A stretch of 48,908 nt of DNA from a virus (Duplodnaviria > Heunggongvirae > Uroviricota > Caudoviricetes): positions 1 through 48,908 of IMG/VR virus record IMGVR_UViG_2897346870_000004; one strand, 5' to 3'. Below are positions 27,967-39,253 of the stretch, piece after piece (positions within the stretch are counted from its first letter, which is position 1; each line of letters begins with the position of its first letter). The notes beneath the pieces are model-generated. The model searched no databases. It saw nothing but the letters and a program-made list of their open reading frames with translations, and was not told where the DNA came from. The translations under genes and the position numbers were made by a program.

Positions 27967-29062
27967 ACGGCTGCGTGATGAATCAATTGCTCATGCAGTC
28001 TGGATATCCCGCTATAGCACTGGCGTGGCTGCCAGAATGGTGAAAATACTGAATGACAGCGATGCGGAACTTACTGCTCGCCTGCTGATAGCACTGGACA
28101 GCCTCGATCCAGGTAATTTTACCGTTAAGCGCCTGGAGTCACTTCTGGCGAGCGTCAGAGAGGTTAACCGCACTGCTATTAACAGCATGTTTACCAGTCT
28201 CTCCGGAGAGCTGAACGAGCTGGCAATTTATGAGGCTGGTTATCAGTTAAGTCTGTTTGATTCTATGCTACCTGATTTTGTTGCTGATGTTCACCCTCTG
28301 GTTGGTATCTCTCCTGATGCACTTTATGCCGCTGCAATGGCGCGACCATTCCAGGGACGACTGCTCAGTGAGTGGGCCTCAGATCTTGAGGCGGATCGGC
28401 TCAGACGCATAACAAATACAGTGCGTCAGGGTTTTTTGCTGGGGGATACCAATGAGCAGATCGCAAGAAAAATTCGGGGACATGTCAGTAAGGGATTTCA
28501 GGATGGTGCATTGCAGATGAGCCGGGCTAATGCGGCCAGCATTGCAAAAACAGCGGTTGGACATCTTGCTGCTACTGCCCGTGAGAGTTTTGCCAGCGCG
28601 AATAATGATTTGATTAAGGGTAAGCAATGGTTATCAACGCTTGATAATCGTACTACGCCACAATGTCGAATCAGGGATCGCCTCAAATATACGCTGAATA
28701 ATAAACCTGTAGGTCACAGCGTGCCTTATTTGCAGGGGCCGGGAAAAATTCATTTCTGCTGCCGCTCAACGGAAACGTTCATTCTGAAATCAGCGAAGGA
28801 ACTGGGTATTGATGTTCGCGATATTTCCCCGGCTGAGCGGGCCAGCATGGATGGCGTGGTGGCCGGAGATACAACCTACAGGGAATGGTTTTTGCGTCAG
28901 CCTTACACCAGACAAAAACAGATTGTGGGGGAAACCCGAGCAAAGCTGATTCGGGATGGTGGTATGTCGCCAGATGAATTTTACACCGATAAAGGCGAAT
29001 GGCTGACGCTGAAGCAGCTCCGTGAGCGTGATGCACAGGTATTCAGAAAAGCAGGGATTTAA
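27947..29062 (+). CDS. Head morphogenesis protein (Mu F / SPP1 gp7-like)
   Basis: Position after portal; family call from recollection. Confidence 0.65.
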   Translation: MMQTVNERLRDESIAHAVWISRYSTGVAARMVKILNDSDAELTARLLIALDSLDPGNFTVKRLESLLASVREVNRTAINSMFTSLSGELNELAIYEAGYQLSLFDSMLPDFVADVHPLVGISPDALYAAAMARPFQGRLLSEWASDLEADRLRRITNTVRQGFLLGDTNEQIARKIRGHVSKGFQDGALQMSRANAASIAKTAVGHLAATARESFASANNDLIKGKQWLSTLDNRTTPQCRIRDRLKYTLNNKPVGHSVPYLQGPGKIHFCCRSTETFILKSAKELGIDVRDISPAERASMDGVVAGDTTYREWFLRQPYTRQKQIVGETRAKLIRDGGMSPDEFYTDKGEWLTLKQLRERDAQVFRKAGI

Positions 29063-29166
29063 ATAAATCATTTATTACAACAGGCTACCTTCGGGTGGCC
29101 TTTTTTATTGCTGCGATCCGGATGGTGAGCAGCGTAACTGTCGGAAGACTTAAACCAGGTACTAAT

Positions 29167-29931
29167 ATGAAACTGAAAACGGTCGAGATTAACGGAAAAC
29201 AATACGCAGAAATTGATACTGCTGGCCTGCCAGTTTATGTGCACGACGATGGTAAAGAAATTGGCTTCGATGCACCGCTGGCGACAAAAAAAATTACAGA
29301 GCTTAATGGCGAGGCAAAAAATCATCGCCTGGCTAAAGAAGCTGCAGAGGAAAAACTGGCTAAGTTTGCCGCTATCGAAGACCCGAAGAAGGCGATCGAG
29401 GCACTGGAAATGCTGTCAAAAATCGACCAGAAAAAGCTGCTCGATGCGGGACAGGTTGACCAGGTTAAGGCAGAAATTACGAAAAATTTTCAGCAGCAAT
29501 TAGATGAAGAAAAGCAACGCTCTCAGATGCTGGAGAAGCAGCTTTACGATTCTATGATTGGCGGTAGTTTTGCGGGTTCAAAATATATTGCCGATAAAAT
29601 TGCGATCCCGGCAGATTTATTACAAGCCCGCTTCGGGCAGGCATTCAAAGTGGAAGAAGGGAGGATCGTTGCTTATGACGCTTCCGGCAACAAAATTTAT
29701 TCCCGCGCGAAGCCTGGCGAACTGGCGCAGTTTGATGAGGCGCTGGAGTTCCTTGTCGAAAATTACCCTCAGAAAGACTACATCCTGAAAGCCAGTGGCA
29801 ACAATGGCGGCGGCTCCCGTCCGACACAGCATGATATTGGTCAGAAAACGATGAAACGCTCTGCTTTTGATGCACTGGATGTTGCAGGTAAGCAAAACGC
29901 ATTGAAAGACGGTATCACAATCGTTGATTAA
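29167..29931 (+). CDS. Putative scaffolding protein
   Basis: Helical, charged protein between head-morphogenesis and capsid genes; start at ATG 29167. Confidence 0.5.
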   Translation: MKLKTVEINGKQYAEIDTAGLPVYVHDDGKEIGFDAPLATKKITELNGEAKNHRLAKEAAEEKLAKFAAIEDPKKAIEALEMLSKIDQKKLLDAGQVDQVKAEITKNFQQQLDEEKQRSQMLEKQLYDSMIGGSFAGSKYIADKIAIPADLLQARFGQAFKVEEGRIVAYDASGNKIYSRAKPGELAQFDEALEFLVENYPQKDYILKASGNNGGGSRPTQHDIGQKTMKRSAFDALDVAGKQNALKDGITIVD

Positions 29932-30029
29932 CACATTTGTCAGCTTCCGGATGGGAGCTGGTGTCAGGGCTGGATAGCTCATTACTCCATCTATTCACAA
30001 TTACGCAAATTTTTAAGGAATATTTAATT

Positions 30030-31169
30030 ATGGCTGGAAATACCCTGACCGGGTTGATCCCGACTATTTATACCGCCCTGGATGTTGTATCCCGTGAGCA
30101 GGTAGGTTTTATCCCTGCGGTAGCAAAAAACGCAAAAGCTGACGCCGCAGCAAAAGATCAGACGGTAACCGCGCCAGTTGCGCCTGAGGCGAAAACCGAA
30201 GATATCGTACCGGGGCCGTCAGCTCCGAATACCGGTGATCAAAATATTGGCACTGTTGATGTAAAAATTACTAAATCCAAAATGGCACCGGTTAAATGGA
30301 ATGGTGAAGAACAACTGGCTCTTGGCCCTTCAGGGACTTACAACACCATTCTGGCTGATCAGTTCAAGCAGGCTTTTCGCGCCCTTGCAAACGAGGTTGA
30401 GGCTGATCTTGGTGCGTTGTATTTCGGTGCTTCCCGCGCCGTGGGAACCGCAGGGACAACGCCGTTTGGTGTTAAAGATGATCTTTCTGATGCTGCTCTG
30501 GCTCGTCAGGTTCTGGAGGATAACGGCGCACCGACAACCGATCTGCAGATGGTGCTTGGCTCCACTGCCATTGCTAATTTGCGCGGAAAACAGTCTGTAT
30601 TGTTTAAAGTGAATGAATCCGGCACTGAACAGCTACTGCGTGAGGGCGTGTTGGGGCGTCTGGAGGGATTCAATATTCACAGTTCGGCAGGTGTGAAACG
30701 AGCGCCAAAGGTTGCTGCAACTGGTTATCTCGTGAATGGAGAGAAAAAAGAAGGCGATGTTCTTATTTCCATTGATACTGGTTCGGGGAGTATTTCTGCA
30801 GGTCAGATTGTTACGTTCGCTGGTGATCCGAATCAGTATGTTGTGGCAGCAGCGACCAGCAATCTGATTACTCTTGCAGCGCCCGGACTGCGTCAGGATC
30901 TGGCCGATGATACTGCCATCACAGTTGTTGGGGCCTTTACTGCAAATATGGCGTTTGATCGCAACGCGTTTCTGCTGGCATCCCGTACTCCGGCAATGCC
31001 GGAAGGTGGCGATAATGCTGATGATGTAATGAATGTTACGGACCCGATTTCAGGGATTACGTTCCAGATTGCACTGTATCGTCAGTATCGCCAGGTGCGC
31101 TATGAAGTTGGACTGGCATGGGGTGTTTCATCAGTGAAGCCGGCACATGGTTGTCTGATTCTTGGTTAA
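30030..31169 (+). CDS. Major capsid protein
   Basis: AAGGAA RBS; 379-aa ORF followed by a hairpin terminator, the usual arrangement after a major capsid gene. Confidence 0.65.
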   Translation: MAGNTLTGLIPTIYTALDVVSREQVGFIPAVAKNAKADAAAKDQTVTAPVAPEAKTEDIVPGPSAPNTGDQNIGTVDVKITKSKMAPVKWNGEEQLALGPSGTYNTILADQFKQAFRALANEVEADLGALYFGASRAVGTAGTTPFGVKDDLSDAALARQVLEDNGAPTTDLQMVLGSTAIANLRGKQSVLFKVNESGTEQLLREGVLGRLEGFNIHSSAGVKRAPKVAATGYLVNGEKKEGDVLISIDTGSGSISAGQIVTFAGDPNQYVVAAATSNLITLAAPGLRQDLADDTAITVVGAFTANMAFDRNAFLLASRTPAMPEGGDNADDVMNVTDPISGITFQIALYRQYRQVRYEVGLAWGVSSVKPAHGCLILG

Positions 31170-31179
31170 ACATTCAAAC

Positions 31180-31200
31180 GGGGCTTCGGCCCCATTTTTA
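31180..31200 (+). terminator. Hairpin GGGGC-TTCG-GCCCC followed by ATTTTTA
   Basis: Direct reading immediately after the capsid gene stop. Confidence 0.5.
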
Positions 31201-31211
31201 ATGGAGGGCAT

Positions 31212-31388
31212 ATGGCCGGATTAACTAAAGAGCAAAGAGCACAGCGTGAAGCCGCACAAAAAACGCAAATTGAGTTAGTGGTTATGGTGACCGATTATCA
31301 GATGTTTCCCGGCGCACCAACTATCGCTAATGTTCATCCTGATGAAGTTGACAACTGGAAGGCTATGGGCTGGAAAACTCAGGAGTAA
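31212..31388 (+). CDS. Hypothetical small protein (58 aa)
   Basis: GGAGGG RBS; MAGLTKEQRAQREAAQKTQIELVVMVTDYQ; below the ORF-track cutoff. Confidence 0.35.
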   Translation: MAGLTKEQRAQREAAQKTQIELVVMVTDYQMFPGAPTIANVHPDEVDNWKAMGWKTQE

Positions 31389-31391
31389 CAC

Positions 31392-31787
31392 ATGATCACT
31401 TACGTGACCTGTGATGACGTTGATAATGCGTTTGGGAACGCCTGGACGAGTGAGAACGCTAAAAATAAAGCTGTTTTAATGGCTAATGCCTGGCTTAATG
31501 GCTTCAACCTGAAAATTAACCCATCCCGTATTCCGGAAGAGGTAAAACTTGCGGGAGCATATGCAGCCAGAATTGCCTCATTCGGTAAGTTGTTTCAGCA
31601 GAAAAATGATTCTGGCGTTGTTATCAGTAAAGCCGTGTCGGCTGACGGGGTCAGTGTATCGAAATCATTTGCTGAGTTGCCAGCAAACAGCACTGTATTG
31701 CTTGAACCCGATTTACAGCTTGCGATAGCACTGCTGAAACCGTACGGACTTAGTCGCTCACAAGTCAGGGTTGTGAGGGGGGGATAA
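31392..31787 (+). CDS. Putative head-tail connector or head completion protein
   Basis: 131-aa ORF in the head-tail joining region; assignment by position only. Confidence 0.4.
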   Translation: MITYVTCDDVDNAFGNAWTSENAKNKAVLMANAWLNGFNLKINPSRIPEEVKLAGAYAARIASFGKLFQQKNDSGVVISKAVSADGVSVSKSFAELPANSTVLLEPDLQLAIALLKPYGLSRSQVRVVRGG

Positions 31788-31981
31788 TGGGGCTTCGTGA
31801 AGAGATTCAGTCAGAGGTTGCCGCTGCTTTTGATGAGGATTTAGCGGACGCCGTGAGTGATTTTTCTGGTTCTTACGTTACGCACCGGCACTGGGATCCT
31901 GTGACGGAAACTGGCGGCGAATCCACGGTGATGCTGCCAACTTACTGATTTAGTGTATGATGGTGTTTTTGAGGTGCTCCA

Positions 31982-32257
31982 GTGGCTTCTGTTTCTATCA
32001 GCTGTCCCTCCTGTTCAGCTACTGACGGGGTGGTGCGTAACGGCAAAAGCACCGCCGGACATCAGCGCTATCTCTGCTCTCACTGCCGTAAAACATGGCA
32101 ACTGCAGTTCACTTACACCGCTTCTCAACCCGGTACGCACCAGAAAATCATTGATATGGCCATGAATGGCGTTGGATGCCGGGCAACAGCCCGCATTATG
32201 GGCGTTGGCCTCAACACGATTTTACGTCACTTAAAAAACTCAGGCCGCAGTCGGTAA
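31982..32257 (+). CDS. insA: IS1 InsA
   Basis: [43 protein letters not shown] matches recalled InsA. Confidence 0.9.
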
Positions 32258-32679
32258 CCTCGCGCATACAGCCGGGCAGTGACGTCATCGTCTGCGCGGA
32301 AATGGACGAACAGTGGGGCTATGTCGGGGCTAAATCGCGCCAGCGCTGGCTGTTTTACGCGTATGACAGTCTCCGGAAGACGGTTGTTGCGCACGTATTC
32401 GGTGAACGCACTATGGCGACGCTGGGGCGTCTTATGAGCCTGCTGTCACCCTTTGACGTGGTGATATGGATGACGGATGGCTGGCCGCTGTATGAATCCC
32501 GCCTGAAGGGAAAGCTGCACGTAATCAGCAAGCGATATACGCAGCGAATTGAGCGGCATAACCTAAATCTGAGGCAGCACCTGGCACGGCTGGGACGGAA
32601 GTCGCTGTCGTTCTCAAAATCGGTGGAGCTGCATGACAAAGTCATCGGGCATTATCTGAACATAAAACACTATCAATAA
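32176..32679 (+). CDS. insB: IS1 InsB reading frame (expressed as InsAB' by -1 frameshift at the A6C run 32233-32239)
   Basis: Matches recalled InsB; A6C slippery run in the insA/insB overlap. Confidence 0.85.
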
Positions 32680-32946
32680 GTTGGAGTCATTACCGAATCC
32701 ACCGCAATCTATACCGGGCGAGGCGTGTTGACACGTTATAAGCTGGGCAGAATTGATGGGATTAATATTTTGCATGGTGACCTTAAATTAACCGCTCTGG
32801 TATGCGAGGTTACGGATAAACCCGCTGTCGACCATATTATTGAGATTTATGATCCTGTATTAAGGCAGTTACAACGATACGAGGTAATTACAGCGAGTGT
32901 AGATCCTTCCGCATCAGTTTACTCTATCCAGTTAAGGAGAGCGTAA

Positions 32947-33327
32947 ATGGCAAAGGCATGGGATATAGAACCGTCAATATTTGCCGGGATGATTGAGGAA
33001 GATGTGGGGCTGAAAATTCGCTACATCGCTATGCAGATTCTTACTGCTATTGATATTGCTGCTCCGGTTGATACCGGACGTTTCAGAAATAACAACCTGG
33101 TGTCGTTACAGCATCCCGATTTTGGTATATCTGATAACGTGGATCCGAACGGTACGATTGCGGTTCAGCGTGGGATCGGGGTTATTTCGAAAGCTGCAAA
33201 TTACGGAGTTATTTATATCCAGAATAACCTTCCTTATGCAGAGGCTCTTGAAAACGGTCATTCACAACAAGCGCCAACTGGCGTGTATGCCAACGCTTTT
33301 CATGGTGTTTTACAGGCTTACAAATGA
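32947..33327 (+). CDS. Putative tail completion or head-tail adaptor protein
   Basis: 126-aa ORF between the head-tail joining gene and the tail tube gene; assignment by position. Confidence 0.45.
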   Translation: MAKAWDIEPSIFAGMIEEDVGLKIRYIAMQILTAIDIAAPVDTGRFRNNNLVSLQHPDFGISDNVDPNGTIAVQRGIGVISKAANYGVIYIQNNLPYAEALENGHSQQAPTGVYANAFHGVLQAYK

Positions 33328-33716
33328 CGTTTACTGAAATCAGAAATACGGTTATTTCCAGAATGACGGCACAGACGATTATTGATGGAAAAGACGTATT
33401 GTATCCGAACGCGCCAACGTTCGATCCTTCCGGTAAGTTAATCTGGGCGCGGTTAAGTAATATTCCCGGGCAGGCTGGAGTTAATGAAATTGGCGCGGGG
33501 CCGATTGTTTATCGCACGGGGATAATCATTATTCAGTTATTTGTCCCCGCAGGTTCTGGTTCAAAACTCATTACTGAGACAGCCGATAAATTGCGGGAAC
33601 TGTTTGAGTTTCAGGATGACGATCGTCTCAGTTACCAGGCTGTTTCCTCAATAGCCGTTGGCGAAAAGAATGGCTGGTTCCAGCTTAATCTTCAAATTCC
33701 ATATCGCGCGCTCTAG
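33324..33716 (+). CDS. Putative tail terminator or completion protein
   Basis: 130-aa ORF, translationally coupled, directly upstream of the major tail gene. Confidence 0.45.
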   Translation: MTFTEIRNTVISRMTAQTIIDGKDVLYPNAPTFDPSGKLIWARLSNIPGQAGVNEIGAGPIVYRTGIIIIQLFVPAGSGSKLITETADKLRELFEFQDDDRLSYQAVSSIAVGEKNGWFQLNLQIPYRAL

Positions 33717-33742
33717 CGCAATTAATGACATAGGAGGCTCCT

Positions 33743-34705
33743 GTGAGTTCAGGTGCAAAGGTTATCTCGGCATTTATCCGGGAGACGGTTGCAGGCACTA
33801 CGCCAGCAAGTGGTGACTGGAGTTTATTAAAACGCACAAGCTGGGGAGTAAAACCCACCCAGAATAAAGGCGAAAATAATGAGATTGGTGGCTCCCGGAT
33901 GGCTCAGGGGGCGACGCCTGGCACTGTGGATGTCGGCGGTGATGTTGGTACCAAATTTCGCTGGGGTCAACATGATGATTTTCTTGCATCCTGTTTCGGC
34001 GCGGAATGGTCAGGCGATTCTCTGACAATGGGGAATGAGCGAATAACATTTTCTCTGGCGACCTATGCGTCCGATGTCGGAATTGCCTCTGTCGTCAGAG
34101 GAGCGCAGGTTGGCTCATGGAAAATGCAGATCCCTAACGACGGCGATATTACAGCGACCGTAACCTTTGCCGGACTGGACTGGGAATCAAAGGCCGATGA
34201 TACGAATTTTATCAAAGGCGAACCTGTGGATAGTGCAGGAAAGCTACGTTATTCGTTTAAGGAGGTTTCAGCAGTAAGCCTGAATGGTGTTGCCGGAGGT
34301 AACGGTTTTTGTATCGACAGTTTTGATATTCAGTTCGATAACAAACTCCAGACACAGCGTTGTATCGGGACTGGCTCGCCTTATGCAGGAGCAAATATTC
34401 CGACTACTTTTACACCGTCCGGTACGGTGACGCTTTCATGGTCTAAAGCCGCGTGGGAAATCTGGAGTAAAACACTGACTGGAGAAACAGTTCCGTTCAG
34501 CTTCACGCTTTCGAATGGAGAGGGGGCATACACTTTCAGTTTCCCGAAGGTTCAGGTGTCAGGTGAATGGCCTGATGGGGGTAATAGCGACATTATCCAG
34601 GTTCAATTGAGCATTACCGCAGCAGATGAAGCACCTACGATAACCAGAAAAAAAAATTCCCCGGCTGCCGTGATCGCAAAAGCCAGTGCTGAGGCGATTA
34701 GTTGA
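33743..34705 (+). CDS. Major tail (tube) protein, GTG start
   Basis: AGGAGG RBS 5 nt before GTG; 320-aa protein directly upstream of the G/GT chaperone genes. Confidence 0.6.
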   Translation: MSSGAKVISAFIRETVAGTTPASGDWSLLKRTSWGVKPTQNKGENNEIGGSRMAQGATPGTVDVGGDVGTKFRWGQHDDFLASCFGAEWSGDSLTMGNERITFSLATYASDVGIASVVRGAQVGSWKMQIPNDGDITATVTFAGLDWESKADDTNFIKGEPVDSAGKLRYSFKEVSAVSLNGVAGGNGFCIDSFDIQFDNKLQTQRCIGTGSPYAGANIPTTFTPSGTVTLSWSKAAWEIWSKTLTGETVPFSFTLSNGEGAYTFSFPKVQVSGEWPDGGNSDIIQVQLSITAADEAPTITRKKNSPAAVIAKASAEAIS

Positions 34706-34753
34706 TTTTCCGTTATTCCTCCTGTGGTACTGCCCTACAGGGGGACGCATTGA

Positions 34754-35215
34754 ATGAGGTTATGGATGTTTATTCTTAATCAGAAAATTATCATTGGTGG
34801 AGAACGCTGGTTTACGCCAATGAAGGACTTAAAACCTGTAGACGGGTTAAAACTGTTGGTGGTAAGCAGCGATAACGATCAGTATCGCTCCCGTAATGCA
34901 TTAATCCGTCGCCACATTGAGAAAATGGATGCCAGTTTGCACGTCGGAACGAAGGAGTTTGATATTTCAAAGGTTTCCGAGGTGGATTCTGTTGATGATT
35001 TACTCATTGATAATGCCGCTCGTTATCTGCTGAAAGACTGGAAAGGGGTTGGTGAACTGGTTAATGGTGTTGAGGTTGCACTGGAATATACGGCAGAACG
35101 AGGGATCGCGCTGCTTAAGCAGAATCCAGAGTTGTACTGGCAGATCCTTGCAGAAGCAGCCAGCATCGCCCAGGGTAAAGAGCAGCAGAAGCAGGATACG
35201 ATAAAAAAGCCATAG
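34754..35215 (+). CDS. G: Tail assembly chaperone G
   Basis: Position between tail tube and tape measure genes; slippery heptamer near its 3' end. Confidence 0.65.
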   Translation: MRLWMFILNQKIIIGGERWFTPMKDLKPVDGLKLLVVSSDNDQYRSRNALIRRHIEKMDASLHVGTKEFDISKVSEVDSVDDLLIDNAARYLLKDWKGVGELVNGVEVALEYTAERGIALLKQNPELYWQILAEAASIAQGKEQQKQDTIKKP

Positions 35216-35523
35216 CTGCCCAGCGGTGGTTATCGGAGTTCGGGGGAGAAAGGGGGGAAAAGGCAAGATGGAAGCGAGAAAAACTCAGGTTGCCACCGAT
35301 ACCGGAACCAGAAATAGACCCGGTGCTTAAGGAGTTGTTGTACGCCTATTCGGTAATATCCCGTGCCCGACGTTATGCTGGAATGGCTGGGGTGCCTTTG
35401 CCTTTATCTCTGACAGAGATAAATGAATATTTAGCCACTCATCCGGTATTGATTGAGCGCGATGAATTTGAAGCAGTGATCTTTGCACTGGATGACCAGT
35501 ATTTTCAGGAGCAGTGTGTGTAG
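35203..35523 (+). CDS. T: Tail assembly chaperone T segment (made as a G-T fusion by -1 frameshift at A AAA AAG, 35203-35209)
   Basis: -1 frame stays open from the slippery site to 35523. Confidence 0.55.
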   Translation, partial: KKAIAAQRWLSEFGGERGEKARWKREKLRLPPIPEPEIDPVLKELLYAYSVISRARRYAGMAGVPLPLSLTEINEYLATHPVLIERDEFEAVIFALDDQYFQEQCV

Positions 35524-35645
35524 TTGTTAATTACGTACACTCTGTTACAGAGATGTGATTGTGTCTTTAATTAAATCGATGATGCTCCTGGAGAAAAGCA
35601 TTGCGTGGCCTCGTAATCGCTATATCTACTATTATGTCGCCTGAA

Positions 35646-35669
35646 ACCCACTTCGCGGTGGGTTTTTTG
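35646..35669 (+). terminator. Hairpin ACCCAC-ttcgcg-GTGGGT followed by TTTTTT
   Basis: Direct reading between the GT stop and the tape measure start. Confidence 0.5.
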
Positions 35670-35688
35670 TTGTCAGGAGTTTTAATAA

Positions 35689-38600
35689 ATGGCAGAGCAA
35701 ACCTCGCGTCTCGCAATAATTATTGATAGCACTGGAGCGAAAAATAATGCTGACAATCTGACCTCCTCATTAGTCAAAATGACGCAGGCTGGGGAAACTG
35801 CTGCAAATAGCGCAGGGAAAGTGACTAAGGCAACAGAAGATGAGAAGAACGCGCTCGCAAAATTAAAAGCAGCTATTGATCCAGTTGGTGCCGCAATTGA
35901 TACTGTCGGTCGACGCTATTCTGAATTAAAGAAATTTTTCGATAAAGGGCTTATTGATAAAGAAGAATATGAATTTCTTGTCCGTAAACTTAATGAAACC
36001 ACAGAGGAATTGAGCGGGGTTGCGCAAGCGCAGAGAGAAGCCGAGAAGGCCGGAAAACTTGCTGCCGCCCAGCAGGAAGCGCAGGCTCAGGCCTTTCAAA
36101 GAATGCTGGACAAGATCGACCCTCTGGCTGCGGCGCTAAGAAATCTTGAACAACAGCATGATGAACTTAATGCTGCGTTTGCATCCGGGAAAATAAATGG
36201 TTCTCAGTTTGAGAATTATAGCCGAAAAATACAGGAAACACGGCGAGAGCTTACCGGAGAGGCTCAGGCAGAGCGAGAAGCAGCAAAAGCGCATGATGAA
36301 CAGGTTGTTGCTTTGCAACGTCTGATTGCTCAACTTGATCCTGTCGGAACTGCTTTTAATCGTCTGGTAGAACAACAGAAACAGCTCAATGAAGCAAAAG
36401 CTAAGGGGATGCTTTCTCCTGAAATGTATGAGGAGCTTTCTGGAAAACTTCGTGCTATGCGGAGTGAGCTTGAGGTTACTCAATCACAATTAAGCAAAAC
36501 CGGAATGTCGGCAAAACAAACGGCTTTTGCTATGCGCATGTTGCCTGCACAAATGACGGATATTGTTGTTGGGTTGTCCACTGGTCAGTCGCCATTTATG
36601 GTGTTAATGCAGCAGGGCGGCCAGCTAAAAGATATGTTCGGTGGGATTGGCCCGGCGATCAAAGGTGTAGGTTCTTATGTGCTGGGATTAATTAATCCTT
36701 TTACCCTGGCCGCAGCAGCCGTTGGGGTCTTAGGACTGGCTTACTATAAAGGCTCTCAGGAGCAGGACGAATTTAATAAATCTCTTATTCTTACCGGAAA
36801 TCAGTTGGGGACAACCAGCGGGCAATTGGGCGATATAGCTCAACGTGCCGGGAATGCGGCTGATTCGACAACTGGTGCTGCGGCGGCAGTATTAAATCAG
36901 CTTGTGCGTTCGGGAAAGGTAGCGAGCAGTTCGCTGGAGCAAGTGACGACAGCGATAGTAAAAACGAGCGAAGTAACAGGAATATCAACCGAACAACTGG
37001 TTAATGACTTCAATGAAATTGCAAAGGATCCTGTCAGTGCCATATCAAAACTTAATGATCAGTACCATTTTCTGACACTTGCGACTTATAACCAGATTAA
37101 GGCGCTACAGGATGAAGGGAACCAGCAGGAGGCCGCCCGCATTGCGACAGAAGAATACTCATCCTCAATGATCCAGCGCACCAACCAGATTAAAGAAAAT
37201 CTTGGTTATCTTGAGACTGCATGGAAAGCTGTCGCAGACTCCGCAAAATGGGCATGGGATTCCATGCTGGATATTGGCCGTGAGGCCTCCCTTGATCAAA
37301 AAATCTCAGATGTTCTCCGTCAAATTGATGAAATAGAAAAAAATACCCGACCCGGAGTTTTCGGGTTAGGTGGCATTGGAGATGGCGGAGCTCAAAATAA
37401 AAGGCTGGCACGATTAAAGCAGCAATTGGGCGTACTTCAAGCAGAAAAAATTGCTCAGGACGTACTAAATTCATCAATAAACGATTACAACAAGCGACAA
37501 CAGGAAGGAATTGAACTCAGACAGAGAGCAGATGCCTTTTCAAAACAATATCAGACCCGGGAGCAGCAGAGAGCTAGTGAACTTGCAAAACTGGAAAAGC
37601 TAAAGAATCAGTATTCAAAGGAAGAATATAATAATCTTATCGCTCAAATAAATGAGCGTTATAAAGATCCAAAGCAACCAAAGGCGAAAGGTTATTCTGA
37701 TGATGCAGCCCAACGAATGATTGATCATCTGAATCAACAGAATGCGTTACTAAGTTCACAAGCTGAGTTGACCGTTAAATTAAGTTCCTCTGAACAGGAA
37801 CTGGTTAAGTGGCGTCAGCGGATTGCCGACCTAGAGTCACGACCATCATCGAAATTAACCCAGGATCAGAAATCGCTTCTCTTACACCGGGAAGAAATAA
37901 CCGCGTTGATGGAGAAAAATGTTGCGATTGAAAAGAATAACAGGCTAATCAAGGAATCCGCCGAAATAACAGCATGGCGTGATTCATTGCAGGCTTCGAT
38001 TGATAATCGTCAGCAGGGGTATGATATTCAGATTGCTGGTTATGGGGTTGGCGATAAAAATCAGCAACGCCAGCAGGAATTACTGCGGATTGAACATGGA
38101 TATAACAATCAGCGTCTGCAACTTGAACGTGACTATGCAGATAAATCCCGTGGAATGTCAGATCATGTTTTTCAAGAGAAAATGCAGGCTCTGAATGATG
38201 CTCTGGAACGGGAAAAAGAAATTGTCAGACAGAAAAACGAGCAGCTCGATATTCAGGCAGGAGACTGGGTTAGTGGTGCCTCCCAGGGATTCAATAACTG
38301 GCTGGATGACACTAAGGATATCAGTGAGCAGATAAAATCAACCACGACTCAGATGTTTGATGGGATGACCGATGCGCTGGGTGATTTTGTCACGACAGGC
38401 AAGGCAAATTTTCGTTCTTTCGCTACTTCCGTGATTTCGGATCTTAGTCGAATAGCATTAAAGGCTTCAATTACTGGGATTTTCGACAGCATTAGTAACA
38501 GTTCTTCTGGGGGGATTTTAGGAACTATCGGGAGTGCTATTAGTAAATTTATTCCGAATGCAAAGGGCGGTGTTTATGAGTCTCCGTCATTGAGCACGTA

Positions 38601-38922
38601 TTCGAACGGTATTTATGATTCCCCGCAATTTTTTGCTTTTGCAAAAGGGGCTGGTGTTTTTGGTGAGGCTGGACCGGAAGCCATTATGCCATTAACACGA
38701 ACTTCCGATGGTTCTCTTGGTGTCAGAGCTATTAATAGTAAAAGTGGTAATGGAGGCGGAGATATTACCTATGCCCCTGTATACCAAATCACTATTCAAA
38801 ATGACGGCCAGAATGGAGAGATTGGCCCTCAGGCAATAAAAGCACTTATGGGGATGGTTGATCAGCGGGTGCAGGGCACTCTGTTAAATATGCGACGTGA
38901 TGGGGGAATGTTAAGTGGCTAA
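35689..38922 (+). CDS. H: Tail tape measure protein (lambda H-like)
   Basis: 1077 aa; [38 protein letters not shown] resembles recalled lambda H. Confidence 0.9.
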
Positions 38923-39253
38923 TACGGAAGAATTTCACTGGTTACCAGAGGATGGAATGAAAACAGAAAATAAACCATCGATAAAAACTGTAAGATTTGG
39001 CGATGGTTATGAGCAACGAAGTCCAAATGGACTTAATCATTCTCTGCGCGTTTTCACCTGTGATTTCAAAGTTGAGGCGAATGAACGTGATTCATTTGAA
39101 AAATTTTTAGCCCGGCATGAAGGCTATAAATCTTTTTTTTGGCGCCCGCCGGGTATTAACAGAAAAATCAGAGTGGTGTGTCGAACGTGGTCAGCGACAG
39201 AACATATCACCTATACCGATTTTTCGTGTCAGTTTGACGAAGTGGTGATCTGA
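38915..39253 (+). CDS. M: Minor tail protein M
   Basis: [16 protein letters not shown] and [14 protein letters not shown] resemble recalled lambda M. Confidence 0.85.

Larger units (their letters stand above)
31927..32694 (+). mobile_element. IS1: Insertion sequence IS1 (768 bp)
   Basis: Terminal sequences GGTGATGCTGCCAACTTACTGAT ... AAGTTGGAGTCATTACC; InsA and InsB ORFs; flanking 8-bp direct repeat GAATCCAC at 31919-31926 and 32695-32702. Confidence 0.95.
31787..32946 (+). pseudogene. Head-tail joining gene interrupted by IS1 (intact length about 127 codons)
   Basis: The N-terminal part (31787-31926) and the downstream ORF ending at 32946 are in the same frame once IS1 and one copy of the target duplication are removed. 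Confidence 0.7.
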
